Position numbers and translations under genes: made by a program | The notes under the pieces: generated by a model | Databases searched by the model: none | The model's input: the letters and a program-made list of their open reading frames with translations, nothing else | Told to the model about the DNA's origin: nothing | Origin: Schmidtea polychroa | Taxonomy: Eukaryota | DNA length: 64,000 nucleotides | Assembly: GCA_044892525.1 (NCBI GenBank) | Contig: CM097886.1 | Span: 183,198,312 to 183,262,311 of the forward strand | Direction of reading: 5' to 3' | In this document: positions 50,230-64,000 of the stretch, piece after piece | How positions within the stretch are numbered: position 1 is the first letter of the stretch | Layout of the letters: every line of letters begins with the position of its first letter

Positions 50230-51655
50230 TCTCGTTTCCGCCAATGGAACATTAGTAAAAAGACTACACACATCAAACGAAACCATCATTTCATCATCAG
50301 AACTTTTCTTCAGTGCAGCAATGAATGAAGCAAATTCAAAGCTATCCTTACATTCGAACTCAGACGCCATTAAAGGTTTTAATAACCCATCCAAAAATTT
50401 GGCAATTTTATATTGAGCGGTTCCTACCATCGATAACACTGGTCTCATAGACATACCTGCTTTATGTACTTTTGGAAGACCATAAAACTGGTTTATATAC
50501 AACGCCTGATAGTTTTTGTGAGTTTAAATATAAAAGGAATATGGTGAGAGGATTAGTGTTTCGTGCTTGGTCACTATCCTCCACGTTTGCTAATTCAGTA
50601 AAAAGTATTGATGTATTAGTTGAGTTGTTACTTAAAAATGGCTACTCTAAATCTTCTCTTGAGAAGATGACAAAAGTGACCGTGGATAAGTTAATGTTTA
50701 AATCTGATAACGTTGGTATGTGTACGTCTGAATCTGAGGTACCTATTGATCCTGAGGAAAGAACTATGTTAAATTCGGAAAGTGACAAGAATCGATCCAA
50801 TCGCATGGAGCAGAAATATGTGTTAGTATTGCCTTATTCGGAGGGTTTCAGAGAATTTAAACATAAAATTCTCAAATATGTAGACAAGGATCAATTCAGG
50901 ATTGTTTCCACTTCTTGCAAAGTTAGCAGTATGTTTACTAGTAAATGTCCAACGCCAATTGGTTTGTGTTCTGAGCTTGTGTATCAATTTTCATGTAATG
51001 GGTGTAATGCCATATACATTGGAGAGACTGCCCGTCATCTCTGCACCCGAGTTCTTGAACACTGTCGACCATAAGGATTGACTAATATTAGTAATCATGT
51101 TAGGAAATGTGTCAGTAAAAAATAGGTATCTCTGATTTTAAAATTATTTCAAAAGGTTTAAGTAATTATTGGGAACGAGTAACTTGTGAGTCATTGTTGA
51201 TTAGATATTTAAATCCAAAAATAAATGATCAAGTTGCCCGTTCCACGGAGAATTTGAATGTGTTTAAGTAATTGAAGGATGAAGGTTGGGAGTCGTGTTT
51301 GTGGTATAATTATGTTTGTGTTTTGTAAACTATGTAATTTTTTTTAAATTTGTTAACTTTATGTTGAATGTTAAATGTTATTAAATTAAAATTTAATTTT
51401 AAAATAATATGTATGTGGGGCTATGTAAAATATGGTTTGGTTTTTTAAAATATTGTTTTTGAAATATTTTTTTTAAAATTTTTGATACAGTTTGGAGATG
51501 ATTATTATTAGTTAATTTGTTTAGATATTGCATATTTTATGTCTTATTATTGATTATCCAGATTGCGGCCTGACGAAGATTGTTGTACAATTGAAATATA
51601 TCGCGTTTATGTTGAATTTATTGAGTTGGCATTTCTGTATTATTAAATCATTGCC
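50230..51655 (+). mobile_element. Penelope-like element, copy 2 (extra 1-nt deletion in the GIY-YIG tail)
   Basis: Same sequence; the poly-A at ~51116-51122 is one base shorter, which removes the 64-aa tail ORF. Confidence 0.9.
51566..51605 (+). ncRNA. Candidate hammerhead ribozyme, copy 2
   Basis: Identical motif. Confidence 0.5.
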
Positions 51656-51858
51656 ACGTTTTTTTGATTATTAATAATAATAATAATATTAATTATTATT
51701 ATTATAACAATCACTAAATGATGGCATCGATTTAAATATAAATAAAACGACAATCCAATATTAATAACTTTTTTTTAAAATTAAGAAATAATGAAATAAC
51801 AAGTGATTATAAAGTAAAATTATTTATTGGTATATTTTGGATAGAAAAATAGAAATCG

Positions 51859-52259
51859 TTAATGAATTGCATAATTATATCTTTCTTGAATGTTGCTTTT
51901 TAAATTGCGTCTTTCAGAAGCTAGAGATATTCGTTTGAATGAGAATGCAAATGCCTTTATTGCTCTATTGATGCTAAATGTGCTAATGTTCATTGGAATT
52001 ATTTCATAAACTTGCGTTCGAATTGACTCTGATGTTATTGAAACATCCTCAAGAAAAAACCTCACGCAAATTCTTTTTCAGGCGTTAACAGTTTTCCTTC
52101 GTGGCTTTTCGTTGATTTAATCCTTCCACCTTTTTGTATACACGGAAAACACTCGCAACTGTTTGGTAATTTATATTTAATTAGTTTGAAATTTCTTTTA
52201 TGCTTTAGCTGGGATATATTTATCGTAAACAAATAGCTCATCGAATCTGACAGCTTCAT
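51859..52259 (-). mobile_element. IS630/Tc1 fragment, copy 2
   Basis: Same sequence at offset 33388. Confidence 0.6.
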
Positions 52260-52469
52260 ACTTACAGAGATTTACATTCACCCTTAATATTTTGATTTTG
52301 ACATCATTATTGAAAAAAGAGAAATAATAATAATAATAATAATTTTAAATCAATAAATAATAATAAATTAATAAAATAACTTGTCAATATATTATATAAT
52401 TCAAATAAATCAATAATTATTCCATTTCCACAAAGTTTATGAAATATTTCAACATAAAATCGATCGCCT

Positions 52470-55400
52470 TCACTCAAATGCGAAATTTAAAAAATTTAAC
52501 AAATCGATCTGACGCTTCATAAAATATTTATTTAAAATTCATAAATAAACCAATCAAATATTTTCTCACCGATTTGTCGTAAACCGTTTTCTTCATGATC
52601 GATTCGACAAACAGATGATGGCCTTGATTGACAGCCAATTCCAGAAACGACAGCTCGCCCTAATCAATATCAATACAAATCCAAATAATTATTTGACCTT
52701 ACGATTCTGCGCTGCCCATTGATAGTGTGAGCAGAATTGAATCTCTTGAACCCGCTCATGTGCCCGTGAGTGATGCAGCGATAAAGGACGCACTGAAATT
52801 ATTTATTTATTGATTTATTCAAATAATCAGCTCACTTCTTTCATTAAATTTGCATTTTTGTCCATTTGTGCTGTCAATAATTCCATTGCATTATTGATTT
52901 CCTATTGATGAGAATATTAATTATATCAATCAATAAATCAATCAAACTTTATCATCAATTGGTTTGTCAAGGATTAATTTAATAATCTTATCAGCATTGG
53001 ACTCGATTGCTCCCTCCAGCACAGCCAATCCAGTCTAAATATCAATTATTAACCAATCAGAATATCACAAATTTACATAAATATTCTGCATTATGAAATC
53101 AGAAGATTTGAGCAAATCACCAAATGCGATTGCATCATCCCGTTCAATGGCAGGAAATAACTGAAATATTTATTCAAATTGATTCATAATGAAATAATTC
53201 ACACTTTCGCCGCATGAGTCAATAATTCCACGCAATCAGCACGATTATATTGCTTTGCATAATCCAGCGGACTCTTTCCATCCTAAATAAATAATCCAAT
53301 CAAAATATCCGAATCAGCGAATCATTTAAACATCCCCATTCACAAACAGATCATTAAAGCACTGTGGCAATAAATGGTACTAAAACCGACACTGCAAAAC
53401 CGCGTGCAAAGTGTAAATACCCGTGAGATATCATGCTAAAGAAATAGTTGAGAAATGGCAAATCTGATCCGAATTACTAGCCAATGGAATTGCCGATTTG
53501 CATTTATTAATGAATTCTGTCAGTGGAGATCTCCAAATAAATGAAGTCGACATTTCAATATTGCTTCATTCATTTCAGACATTTACTGCATAAAATCCTC
53601 CAGTGCAAGGAATAAATTGCCAGAAAAGCTGCTAGAAAAGCTTTTCATTCATTTTGAGGCGTAGCAGAAAATATTTCAAATAGCAAAAATTATTTCTGTT
53701 GAGAAGTGAAAAAGTGAATTAAAAATAAAATCGATAGCAAGGAAATAGCCAATTAAAATGCTGAATTTAATGTGAGAAGTAGAGAAATGCAAATTTACAG
53801 GAAATATTTTACATACCAAAACGTAAACAATATTTGTGATGAACATCTGGCCTGCACAATCAATATTCAGTGGCCATTGTTCTGCTTGCATTGCAATTAT
53901 TGGCCTGATCTGTTTCACGGTAATTTTGATACAAATGCTATGTAAATATATAATTATTATTTTTAGCTTTGTTTTTATCATTATCATTAAATTATTTGTG
54001 AAATGTCCGAAATATTGGCAAATACAAATGAGAAACCCGATGAGTATTCTGGCAATGAAAGCGATGAACATTATGACAGTGAATATATCATACAATAGTG
54101 ACAGCGACACTCCTGACAATGAAGGAGCTTCTTCGTCCTCAGAAAGCGAGAGTGAATATGAGAAATTTACAAAATAAAGGTGCGAATGTTACAGTTGATG
54201 AGCAACTATTTCCAACCAAGCTCGATGCTTTATAAATCATGACTTTGTTCTCACAATTTAGAAAGGTAAACCGAACTAAAGTTATTTTTAAACATAAATT
54301 CTCTTTCATTTTATAATAATATATCTGACCGAATGGCAAGGAAATGTAGCGTCAAATCTGGGCCTAGAATATGGCCGCTTCAAGTACCTTTCAATATGCT
54401 AGGCTTAGCTGCAATGAATGCCTCGATACCATATAAGAGAACCGCAGCAGATAACATATCAATATGCTAGGCATAGCTGCAATGAATGCCTTGATACCAT
54501 ATAAGGGAACTGCAGCAGATAACATATCAATATGCTAGGCCTAGCTGCAATGAATGCCTCGATACCATATAAGGGAACAGCAGCAGATAACATATAAATA
54601 TGCTAGGCCTAGCTGCAATGAATGCCTCGATACCATACAAGGGAACTGCAGCAGATAACATATCAATATGCTAGGCCTAGCTGCAATGAATGCCTCGATA
54701 CCATACAAGGGAACTGCAGCAGATAACATATCAATATGCTAGGCATAGCTGCAATGAATGCCTCGATACCATATAAGGGAACAGCAGCAGATAACATATC
54801 AATATGCTAGGCCTAGCTGCAATGAATGCCTCGATACCATACAAGGGAACTGCAGCAGATAACATATCAATATGCTAGGCCTAGCTGCAATGAATGCCTC
54901 GATACCATATAAGGGAACTGCAGCAGATAACATATCAATATGCTAGGCCTAGCTGCAATGAATGCCTCGATACCATATAAGGGAACCGCAGCAGATAACA
55001 TATCAATATGCTAGGCCTAGCTGCAATGAATGCCTCGATACCATATAAGGGAACTGCAGCAGATAACATATCAATATGCTAGGCCTAGCTGCAATGAATG
55101 CCTCGATACCATATAAGGGAACTGCAGCAGATAACATATCAATATGCTAGGCATAGCTGCAATGAATGCCTCGATACCATATAAGGGAACTGCAGCAGAT
55201 AACATATCAATATGCTAGGCCTAGCTGCAATGAATGCCTCGATACCATATAAGGGAACCGCAGCAGATAACATATCAATATGCTAGGCCTAGCTGCAATG
55301 AATGCCTCGATACCATATAAGGGAACTGCAGCAGATAACATATCAATATGCTAGGCCTAGCTGCAATGAATGCCTCGATACCATATAAGGGAACCGCAGC

Positions 55401-58400
55401 AGATAACATATCAATATGCTAGGCCTAGCTGCAATGAATGCATCGATACCATATAAGGGAGCTGCAGCAGATAACATATCAATATGCTAGGCCTAGCTGC
55501 AATGAATGCCTCGATACCATACAAGGGAACTGCAGCAGATAACATATCAATATGCTAGGCCTAGCTGCAATGAATGCCTCGATACCATATAAGGGAACTG
55601 CAGCAGATAACATATCAATATGCTAGGCCTAGCTGCAATGAATGCCTCGATACCATATAAGGGAACCGCAGCAGATAACATATCAATATGCTAGGCCTAG
55701 CTGCAATGAATGCATCGATACCATATAAGGGAGCTGCAGCAGATAACATATCAATATGCTAGGCCTAGCTGCAATGAATGCCTCGATACCATACAAGGGA
55801 ACTGCAGCAGATAACATATCAATATGCTAGGCATAGCTGCAATGAATGCCTCGATACCATATAAGGGAATAGCAGCAGATAACATATCAATATGCTAGGC
55901 CTAGCTGCAATGAATGCCTCGATACCATATAAGGGAATAGCAGCAGATAACATATCAATATGCTAGGCATAGCTGCAATGAATGCCTCGATACCATATAA
56001 GGGAATAGCAGCAGATAACATATCAATATGCTAGGCCTAGCTGCAATGAATGCCTCGATACCATACAAGGGAACTGCAGCAGATAACATATCAATATGCT
56101 AGGCCTAGCTGCAATGAATGCCTCGATACCATACAAGGGAACTGCAGCAGATAACATATCAATATGCTAGGCATAGCTGCAATGAATGCCTCGATACCAT
56201 ACAAGGGAACTGCAGCAGATAACATATCAATATGCTAGGCATAGCTGCAATGAATGCCTCGATACCATATAAGGGAATAGCAGCAGATAACATATCAATA
56301 TGCTAGGCCTAGCTGCAATGAATGCCTCGATACCATATAAGGGAACTGCAGCAGATAACATATCAATATGCTAGGCTTAGCTGCAATGAATGCCTCGATA
56401 CCATATAAGGGAACAGCAGCAGATAACATATCAATATGCTAGGCATAGCAGCAATGAATGCCTCGATACCATATAAGGGAACTGCAGCAGATAACATATC
56501 AATATGCTAGGCCTAGCTGCAATGAATGCCTCGATACCATATAAGGGAACTGCAGCAGATAACATATCAATATGCTAGGCCTAGCTGCAATGAATGCCTC
56601 GATACCATACAAGGGAACCGCAGCAGATAACATATCAATATGCTAGGCCTAGCAGCAATGAATGCCTCGATACCATATAAGGGAACTGCAGCAGATAACA
56701 TATCAATATGCTAGGCCTAGCTGCAATGAATGCCTCGATACCATATAAGGGAACTGCAGCAGATAACATATCAATATGCTAGGCCTAGCTGCAATGAATG
56801 CCTCGATACCATATAAGGGAACTGCAGCAGATAACATATCAATATGCTAGGCCTAGCTGCAATGAATGCCTCGATACCATATAAGGGAACAGCAGCAGAT
56901 AACATATCAATATGCTAGGCATAGCTGCAATGAATGCCTCGATACCATATAAGGGAACTGCAGCAGATAACATATCAATATGCTAGGCCTAGCTGCAATG
57001 AATGCCTCGATACCATATAAGGGAACTGCAGCAGATAACATATGCTGCTCAATACAAAATCAGAAAGCGTGTTACCAGTAAATATATCGACACCTTCAAA
57101 TAGCCTCCATCTCACGCGTAAATGGCGCATGATTGGATATTGCAATAATAATAACATCACAAATAATTATTTTCATTGCTTTTAATGAATTATTTCCAGT
57201 TTAATAATGAATATTATATTATAATTATATTTATTTATTATTTGATAATATGGCAGCGCATGTAAGGCTACTTTATAAAGGTTATTTGCTAATCAATCGC
57301 TTCTGCTTGGGGAGCAAGATATTATATTTGATGGCCCATTGAAGCCATTATGACTGTTGCTGGTAGCAATTGCTATGATTGTTATTGGCCGTTCTAGTGT
57401 TAGTTATCTAAATTGATAAATTATTGGCTGTTGGCAATGCAATTTGCTGCGGCGGCTGGTAAAGGGCAAGATCATATGATAATGCTGTCACATCGATATT
57501 GGCCATATCGGGCCTGCAGGGAGCTATTGCATTCTCACCCCGCTAACGGTTCCATTGACACCTCATTCTGTGCTCTCTTGCCTCTCACTAGAGCTCTCTG
57601 AGGCAGTTCTCAATGGCATTTCATTCATTGCTCCTTATGCAATCCATTTCACATATTCAATTAACCAGATCGCAACTCACCAGATTTAATTGATATTTCA
57701 TTATATAAAATGTTAATGTTTACTTTTGTTCGGCAATCGATTCGGCATTTCCGCTGCAGCAATAATTTCAATATTTCTGAATGCCCATAGCAGCTAGCAT
57801 GATGAATCGCTCTCCATCCCTGCAATTTATCAATTAATTATTTATTTGCAATGATTATTTACCGCTTTGTCCTCAGATTCCACATCGCAGTTGCTGTCAA
57901 GCAATAATTTCAATATTTCTGAATGCCCATAGCAGCTAGCATGATGAATCGCTCTGAATCCCTGCAATTTATCAATTAATTATTTATTTGCAATGATTAT
58001 TTACCCATTTGTCCTCAGATTCCACATCGCAGTTGCTGTCAAGCAATAATTTCAATATTTCTGAATGCCCATTGCAGCTAGCATGATGAATCGCTCTCCA
58101 TCCCTGCAATTTATCAATTAATTATTTATTTGCAATGATTATTTACCGCTTTGTCCTCAGATTCCACATCGCAGTTGCTGTCAAGCAATAATTTCAATAT
58201 TTCTGAATGCCCATAGCAGCTAGCATAATGAATCGCTCTGAATCCCTGCAATTTATCAATTAATTATTTATTTGCAATGATTATTTACCAATTTGGTCTC
58301 AGATTCCACATCGCAGTTGCTGTCAAGCAATAATTTCAATATTTCTGAATGCCCATGGCAGCTAGCATGATGAATCGCTCTGAATCCCTGCAATTTATCA

Positions 58401-58728
58401 ATTAATTATTTATTTGCAATGATTATTTACCGCTTTGTCCTCAGATTCCACATCGCAGTTGCGGTCAAGCAATAACCTGGCAATATCAACAAATCCATAA
58501 CGGCAAGCAATGTGAATGGGCAACCAGCCCTGAAATCAGAAACATTAACCCAATAATTCACATTGCCAATCAATCTCACATCATCATCAACAATCCTATG
58601 CATAAATTCTCCCCTCAAATTATCCCTGACGCCCTCCACATTTCCCCTCATCAAGTGCTCCTTGAAACATTGAAAATCCCTGCAATGCAAATTATCCAAT
58701 GCAAATCATAATCAATATTTCACCCCAT
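52470..58728 (-). CDS. Ankyrin-repeat 5' exon cluster, copy 2, with three extra 99-nt ankyrin exons
   Basis: Repeat exons at 58529-58431, 58387-58289, 58245-58147, 58103-58005, 57961-57863 and 57819-57724; downstream exons 53282-52470. Confidence 0.8.
54003..57179 (+). mobile_element. piggyBac remnant, copy 2
   Basis: Same flanks with a longer internal array. Confidence 0.85.
54392..57043 (+). repeat. 68-bp tandem array, 39 units
   Basis: 2652 bp = 39 x 68; the 1156-bp difference equals the offset change 33359 to 34515. Confidence 0.98.
57759..58468 (-). repeat. 142-bp tandem module (99-nt ankyrin exon + 43-nt intron), 5 units
   Basis: Periodic GCAATAA at 57759, 57901, 58043, 58185, 58327 and 58469; the 426-bp gain equals the offset change 34515 to 34941. 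Confidence 0.97.
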
Positions 58729-59940
58729 CTTGATATTTACTTTCTGTTTTATCTATCAATTAATTGCAAAATCAATAAATTTAATTATAATTTAATTAAC
58801 AAGTTCAAAATCAAAAAATCTTACTTCCTAAAATCCAAATGAAATCAATTAAATAGCAGCCAATCAATTCTCAAGGCTAAATAATAAATTTGAAGCGATA
58901 AAACAAATCAATTGCAATCAATAATAAATGTAATATATATAATGGAATTGTCAGGCTGATAAAATTGATATTCAATATTCAATGCGACAACCGAACGATC
59001 TGACGGATTCCCCCGATGCGGCAATTATTATCAATGATTACAACATTCCATGAAGCTGCAAATATTATTATTGTTCTTTGGTAACTTTCAAATAATTTGC
59101 AAGCATTACACAAATGCCTAAATATTATTTTAAATGCTCAATTATATCCACTCAAATCCTCATGCTAATAAATAACAATATTAATAACAATTTTATACAA
59201 ATCATTTAATTGCTTTATAATTGCCATTATTTCATAACATCACATATAATTGTTACATAAAATGAATAAATTTATTAATTAAATAATAAATCAAATAGAA
59301 ATTATATTAATAAATACAAAGATGAAAAACATAAAAAATTAAACATTTGAATAATTATAAAAGCCAACATAATTATATAAACAAATATACAAAAATATTA
59401 TAATGGTAATATAATTGAAAGCACATTAACGCAAAACAAATATATTTCACTAAAACTGGAAATAATAATGCTTAAATTAAATCAGCAAATGTTTAACAAA
59501 AAATATCATAATATTCTAAAAATTTAAATATTTTAATTTCAAATATATAATGCATTAGTAAGATGGGAAACTACTTACAAAATTATTAAAAGTTTGTTTA
59601 AAATTAATGGTTTTTTGAATTTGACTTTGGAATTTGATTTACTGTTCACCTCTTAAGTGGTAATTGATAACATTTTTGTGAACATAATTTTTCAAAGTTT
59701 CTCTATGTCTCAATTCGAATTTGGAATTTTCAGTTTTCATCATTATTTACAATCGTCTTTCTTCCAAAAGTGTATTGTTGGTTTCTGAACTATGCCGAAA
59801 TTCCGAGCATTTTGAAAGCTACAGAATATTATTATTTTTACTTCATGATTCATTAGTCGAGAACACTTCAGATCTATTTCAGGACGAGGAGATTTTAATC
59901 GGTTTTTCCTTATTAGTTTCATTCATTAAATTGCTTCAAG

Positions 59941-62900
59941 TTACGATCAAGGACATTTTGGATTGGTACTTATTCTGAGGATCCATAAAAACTCGAGGTT
60001 TCGAGCTTATATGATATCACTGGAGTAATTACAAGATATAATTCTGCGTTCAATAAGGCTCATTTATAATTATTCATCTGACAATTCCACTCATATTTCA
60101 TTAATGATTTTGCCAATCATGACAGAAAATAGCTATTTTAGCTCCTCGGTTTATAAAAAATTGATCAAAGATTGAACCGTAACTAATAAAGCAATTGTTG
60201 GGTCGCTTAGGGGTGTGTCATTTTATTGCTAAAATGTTTTAGGGGTATTATATGTAAGGAATTGACTCCTTTCTAAACGCCTTAATGACTATTGTACTTT
60301 AGACCATCTGTGTACCCATGTCAGAGGTGTACGCAATGATTGAAAATCAATGACCAGGTGAGCTCTATTGCTAAAATTACTCCTTATTGCATTTTCTTTT
60401 CAGATTCTGGAATCCGATAAAAAGTCTTACGTCATTATTCAGTATCTGTTCTATCGCTAGATCATTGTCATGTTTTCATTTAACTGTGGTCTTCATTGCC
60501 CATTTCAATAATCTATTTTATGTATCCTTATGATTCTATAGCCCTTCAAATGTTTTATGGTCTGTTCTAATAACTACCTCTGTTCTATATATATGGCCTA
60601 AATTATTTCTATTGTTGAATATCTTAATTGGGCACCTTTTAACGTTTTACTTGCATTAGCTATTACATAAACTTTACATTTTTCTTCTTCTTGTATTAAG
60701 ACTGCCCCTACGGCTTTACCGCTGGCGTCAGTCATAACTATAAATTGTTTTTTAAAGTCTGGGTATCTTAATATTGGTGCAGTTACTAATTTTTCGTTTA
60801 TTGATCAATGTTTTTGATGTTTTGCTGTCCATTTCTTTTGTGGTTTATTGATTTTATCGTTTATACTTTGTACTATGAACACATTTTTACTTTCTCCCTT
60901 GGTTTTTATTCCTTTAGTTAATTCTATCATCGGTGCTTCTATTTTTGCATACTCTTGTATAAATTTACGATAATACCTTGTTAAACCTAAAAATCCTTGC
61001 ACTTGTAATGTTTTTGGGACTGGAAACTTTTTTACAGCTTCAATTTTATCTGGGTTTAGTGTTATGCCCTCCACACTAACAATATGTTCCAAATATAACG
61101 CTGAGGGCTCCGCCCATTTACATTTAGTTGATTTAATCTTTATCTTTGTCTTTCTTAATCGCTGTAATACGTTTGTAATGTCTTTTAAATGTTCCTCAAA
61201 TGTTTTTGATGATATTAGTATGTCGTCCATGTAAACTGCGCAATGATGTACACCTACTAATATTGTATTCATTAAACGCTGGAAGGTTGATGGTGCATTG
61301 GTTAACCCAAAAGGTAATCTTTATTTGCATAAATGGCTGAAAAATATTTAGAGTCTCTTAATTTATCAAATTGTTCTTGTGCTTTTGGAAATGGGTATGA
61401 GTCTTTTACTGTTACGTCATTTAGTTTATGATAGTCAATGCACATTCTTATTTCTCCATCTTTTTTTCTAACTGGTACTATTGGTAGTGCCCATTGTGAA
61501 AAACTTTGTTTAATTACACCTGCCTGTTTTAATTCTTTAATTTTTCGTTTTATTTCCTCCTTCAATTTATAAGGTACTCATTAGGGTCTTTGTTTTATGG
61601 GTCTATCATTATCTGTATCTATCACATGTCTAATGATGTCTGTATCTCCTAAATTAAATTCATGTTTAGCAAAAACATCGTTACATTCATCAATTAAGGT
61701 TTCTAATTGTGATTGTTGATTTTCATTTAAATATTTATTATCAATTTTTACTTTATCGTAGAATTTTATGTTATTTGGTTTAACCAGTTCGACAACGTTT
61801 TCACTCGTATTCTCCGTTATTCACATCTCACTTATTTCAATAATTTGTTCTGCTTTTCCTTTAAATAGCTTTCATAGTTTTGTATCTTTATGTATTTTTA
61901 TATTATTATTTTCATAATTTGCAAATCGTATCAGGATTATTCCGTTTTTTGGAGTTACACACTCGTCTATCAGCATACATTGTGATTTTTTGTGATTGCC
62001 GTAACAAGCTCAAAAATAAAAGTGTCCTCACTTTTGATATTAACTTTTACAGGAACTATATGACTACATTTGTATTCTAGCTCTAAACCTTCTAAAACGA
62101 TTACCTCTGAAAATTTTGCGTTACGGTGGTTTGCTTTCCTTTTAACTGTACTATTTGTTAAATCTATCACACAATTTTCTAGTTTATTAAGTATGTCCAT
62201 TCCAAGAACACATATGCTTTTGCACTCCTCAGCGACTTTAATATATATGATTTATTGTTTGACTTGCCAAATGGGCAGTTAGCTCAATGTTTTCTTTTAA
62301 TGGAATATCGTGTGCTGACAATGATACCACTCTTTCTCTTGTCGTTACAATATTTTTCTTTTGATTCTCTGTTAATTAACCCTCTCTTATCAATGATGCT
62401 GCTGCTCCTGTATCAACTTGAGCATATATGCTTATAATATCTATTGTTATTTGAAGTAGTGGTCTTGCTTCATTTGCCGATCCCCATAGGTCATTTATGC
62501 AAAGTTCCAAACTATAGCACCCGTATATATTTTCTGGGTATACCATGACAACCTTTGCTTAGTTTTGGCATCTTAATTTCAATATTATTTTCCATTTCTT
62601 TTAATAAATCTCTTTGATTATCGTATAGGCCTTTGCTTGGCTGTTGTTCTGATTCTTCCGGGTTTCTTCATCTTTTTCTATGATCATTATTTGCTGCTAG
62701 TCTTTTCTTTGTCTTTTTATTAATCGGATCTATTTGTCATGTTTTGCTGTTATTAAATATTTCGCTATGAATGGACAAAAACATGCTATTAGCTTGTACG
62801 AATTTCCAAACACTTGTCTGAGCTACTTTAATGACACTAATGATGGGCAAATCATTTTCAATAGAGTCACTGTATAGTATATTCATAATATTGCTGAGAA

Positions 62901-63541
62901 CATGTTTCCGAGGATTGCGAAATATCCCAATATAATATATAATATTTGGTATAATACTCAGTATACCACCTTTTTTTAAATGTTCCTCTACCTGAATAGT
63001 TTCCATATATACTTCATAATCATTGTAATTGCTCCGTTTATGACCTAATTGGTTTTGACTTCCTTAGTTATCGTTCTTAATTAGTTATTTCTGTTGACCA
63101 TTTTAGTAATTCCCCTTCTTCTGTTTACTCTCGTTTATCCTACTGTTTAGATAATTGCTCTCTAAATTCTCAAATTGTTTATTTCCCCAAATTGCCGCGC
63201 TCAGGTTTTCTTCATCGCTCGGGTTCTCCATTGGCTCGGACTTCCCATTAGCTCCGGTTATCCATTAGTCAATTAATTAATAGTTTGTGTTTTTCCATAT
63301 TTGGCTGTTTTTCGACCTTTCTAAACATTTTCTAACAATTTATTGCTCACTGTTCTTCATTATTCCCAAATCTACAGCTGTCCCGTTTTTCAGCTTCAAT
63401 TTCGATAACATTTCACTTTATCCCACTTCCTCAGATTTGCAAATGTTTTTATTTCGTGTCTGATTGTACTATTTTATAGTTCTGTTTTTGTCATATCTTT
63501 CTTTGCCATTAATTCTCCGCTTGATCACCATTCTCTTTCGT
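59941..63541 (-). mobile_element. Second gypsy element, copy 2
   Basis: Same sequence at offset 34941. Confidence 0.9.
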
Positions 63542-64000
63542 TCAATTTTGGTTTTCTTTTTACTCGAAATTATTTAATTTAACGTAATTTAATAATTCAC
63601 TTTTACAACCTCATCATAAATAATATTTCTAAATATTATATTAATAATTAAACATTAGGTAAAATTATAATATAATTATATAATTGAAATTAATAGAAAT
63701 ATTGTAGAATGATGTTTTCTTGCTTTATATATTGTTGGTGTAAAATAATCCTCTTGTTTTGTACTGGACAAGACCCATGCTCAAAATAATCAACGTTTTA
63801 CGGATTTCGTAATGTGACAAATTTTTTTGGGGTACTCGAACCAAAATATATAGTCAAATTATCAACAGTATCCGGAGGTTATATTTTCTGAGTTTCACAC
63901 CCAGCTTCTGAATGTTATCTCAATTGTGAAGAATGAATTGAAGGAAAAGATATAAATTAAAACATTTGCGGAATTACTTCTTACAAAATATAGCTTTTTA

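Larger units (their letters stand above)
33428..64000. repeat. Tandem segmental duplication unit, copy 2 (runs off the window end; equivalent to 1-29059)
   Basis: Near-identical colinear sequence; the window ends at tagcttttta, matching ~29050-29059. Confidence 0.97.

Overview
AT-rich eukaryotic DNA with very short (40-55 nt) GT-AG introns. This style is compatible with an invertebrate such as a planarian, but the species cannot be determined from the window. The window is about two tandem, near-identical copies of a 33.4-34.9 kb unit (base 1 = base 33428; the match runs to base 64000 = base ~29059). Each unit carries (i) a minus-strand ankyrin-repeat locus that the ORF track fragments. It is built largely from phase-0, one-repeat-per-exon modules, lies in three exon clusters, and ends in a C3HC4 RING finger (Mind-bomb-like E3 ligase architecture). 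Each unit also carries (ii) a decayed TRAF/MATH pseudogene, (iii) an actin pseudogene fragment, and (iv) TE remnants: Buster-type hAT with TIRs and TSD, other hATs, Tc1/IS630, piggyBac, two or three Ty3/gypsy elements, and a 5'-inverted Penelope with a hammerhead-like motif. The best candidate for a new system is a 142-bp exon+intron module encoding one ankyrin repeat. It has 2 units in copy 1 and 5 in copy 2, and the units differ almost only by amino-acid changes at the target-binding positions (DARPin-like diversification). The second highlight is a 68-bp satellite made from piggyBac transposase coding sequence (22 vs 39 units). All gene models were spliced by eye and lack transcript support. 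The duplication could be two haplotypes assembled in tandem.
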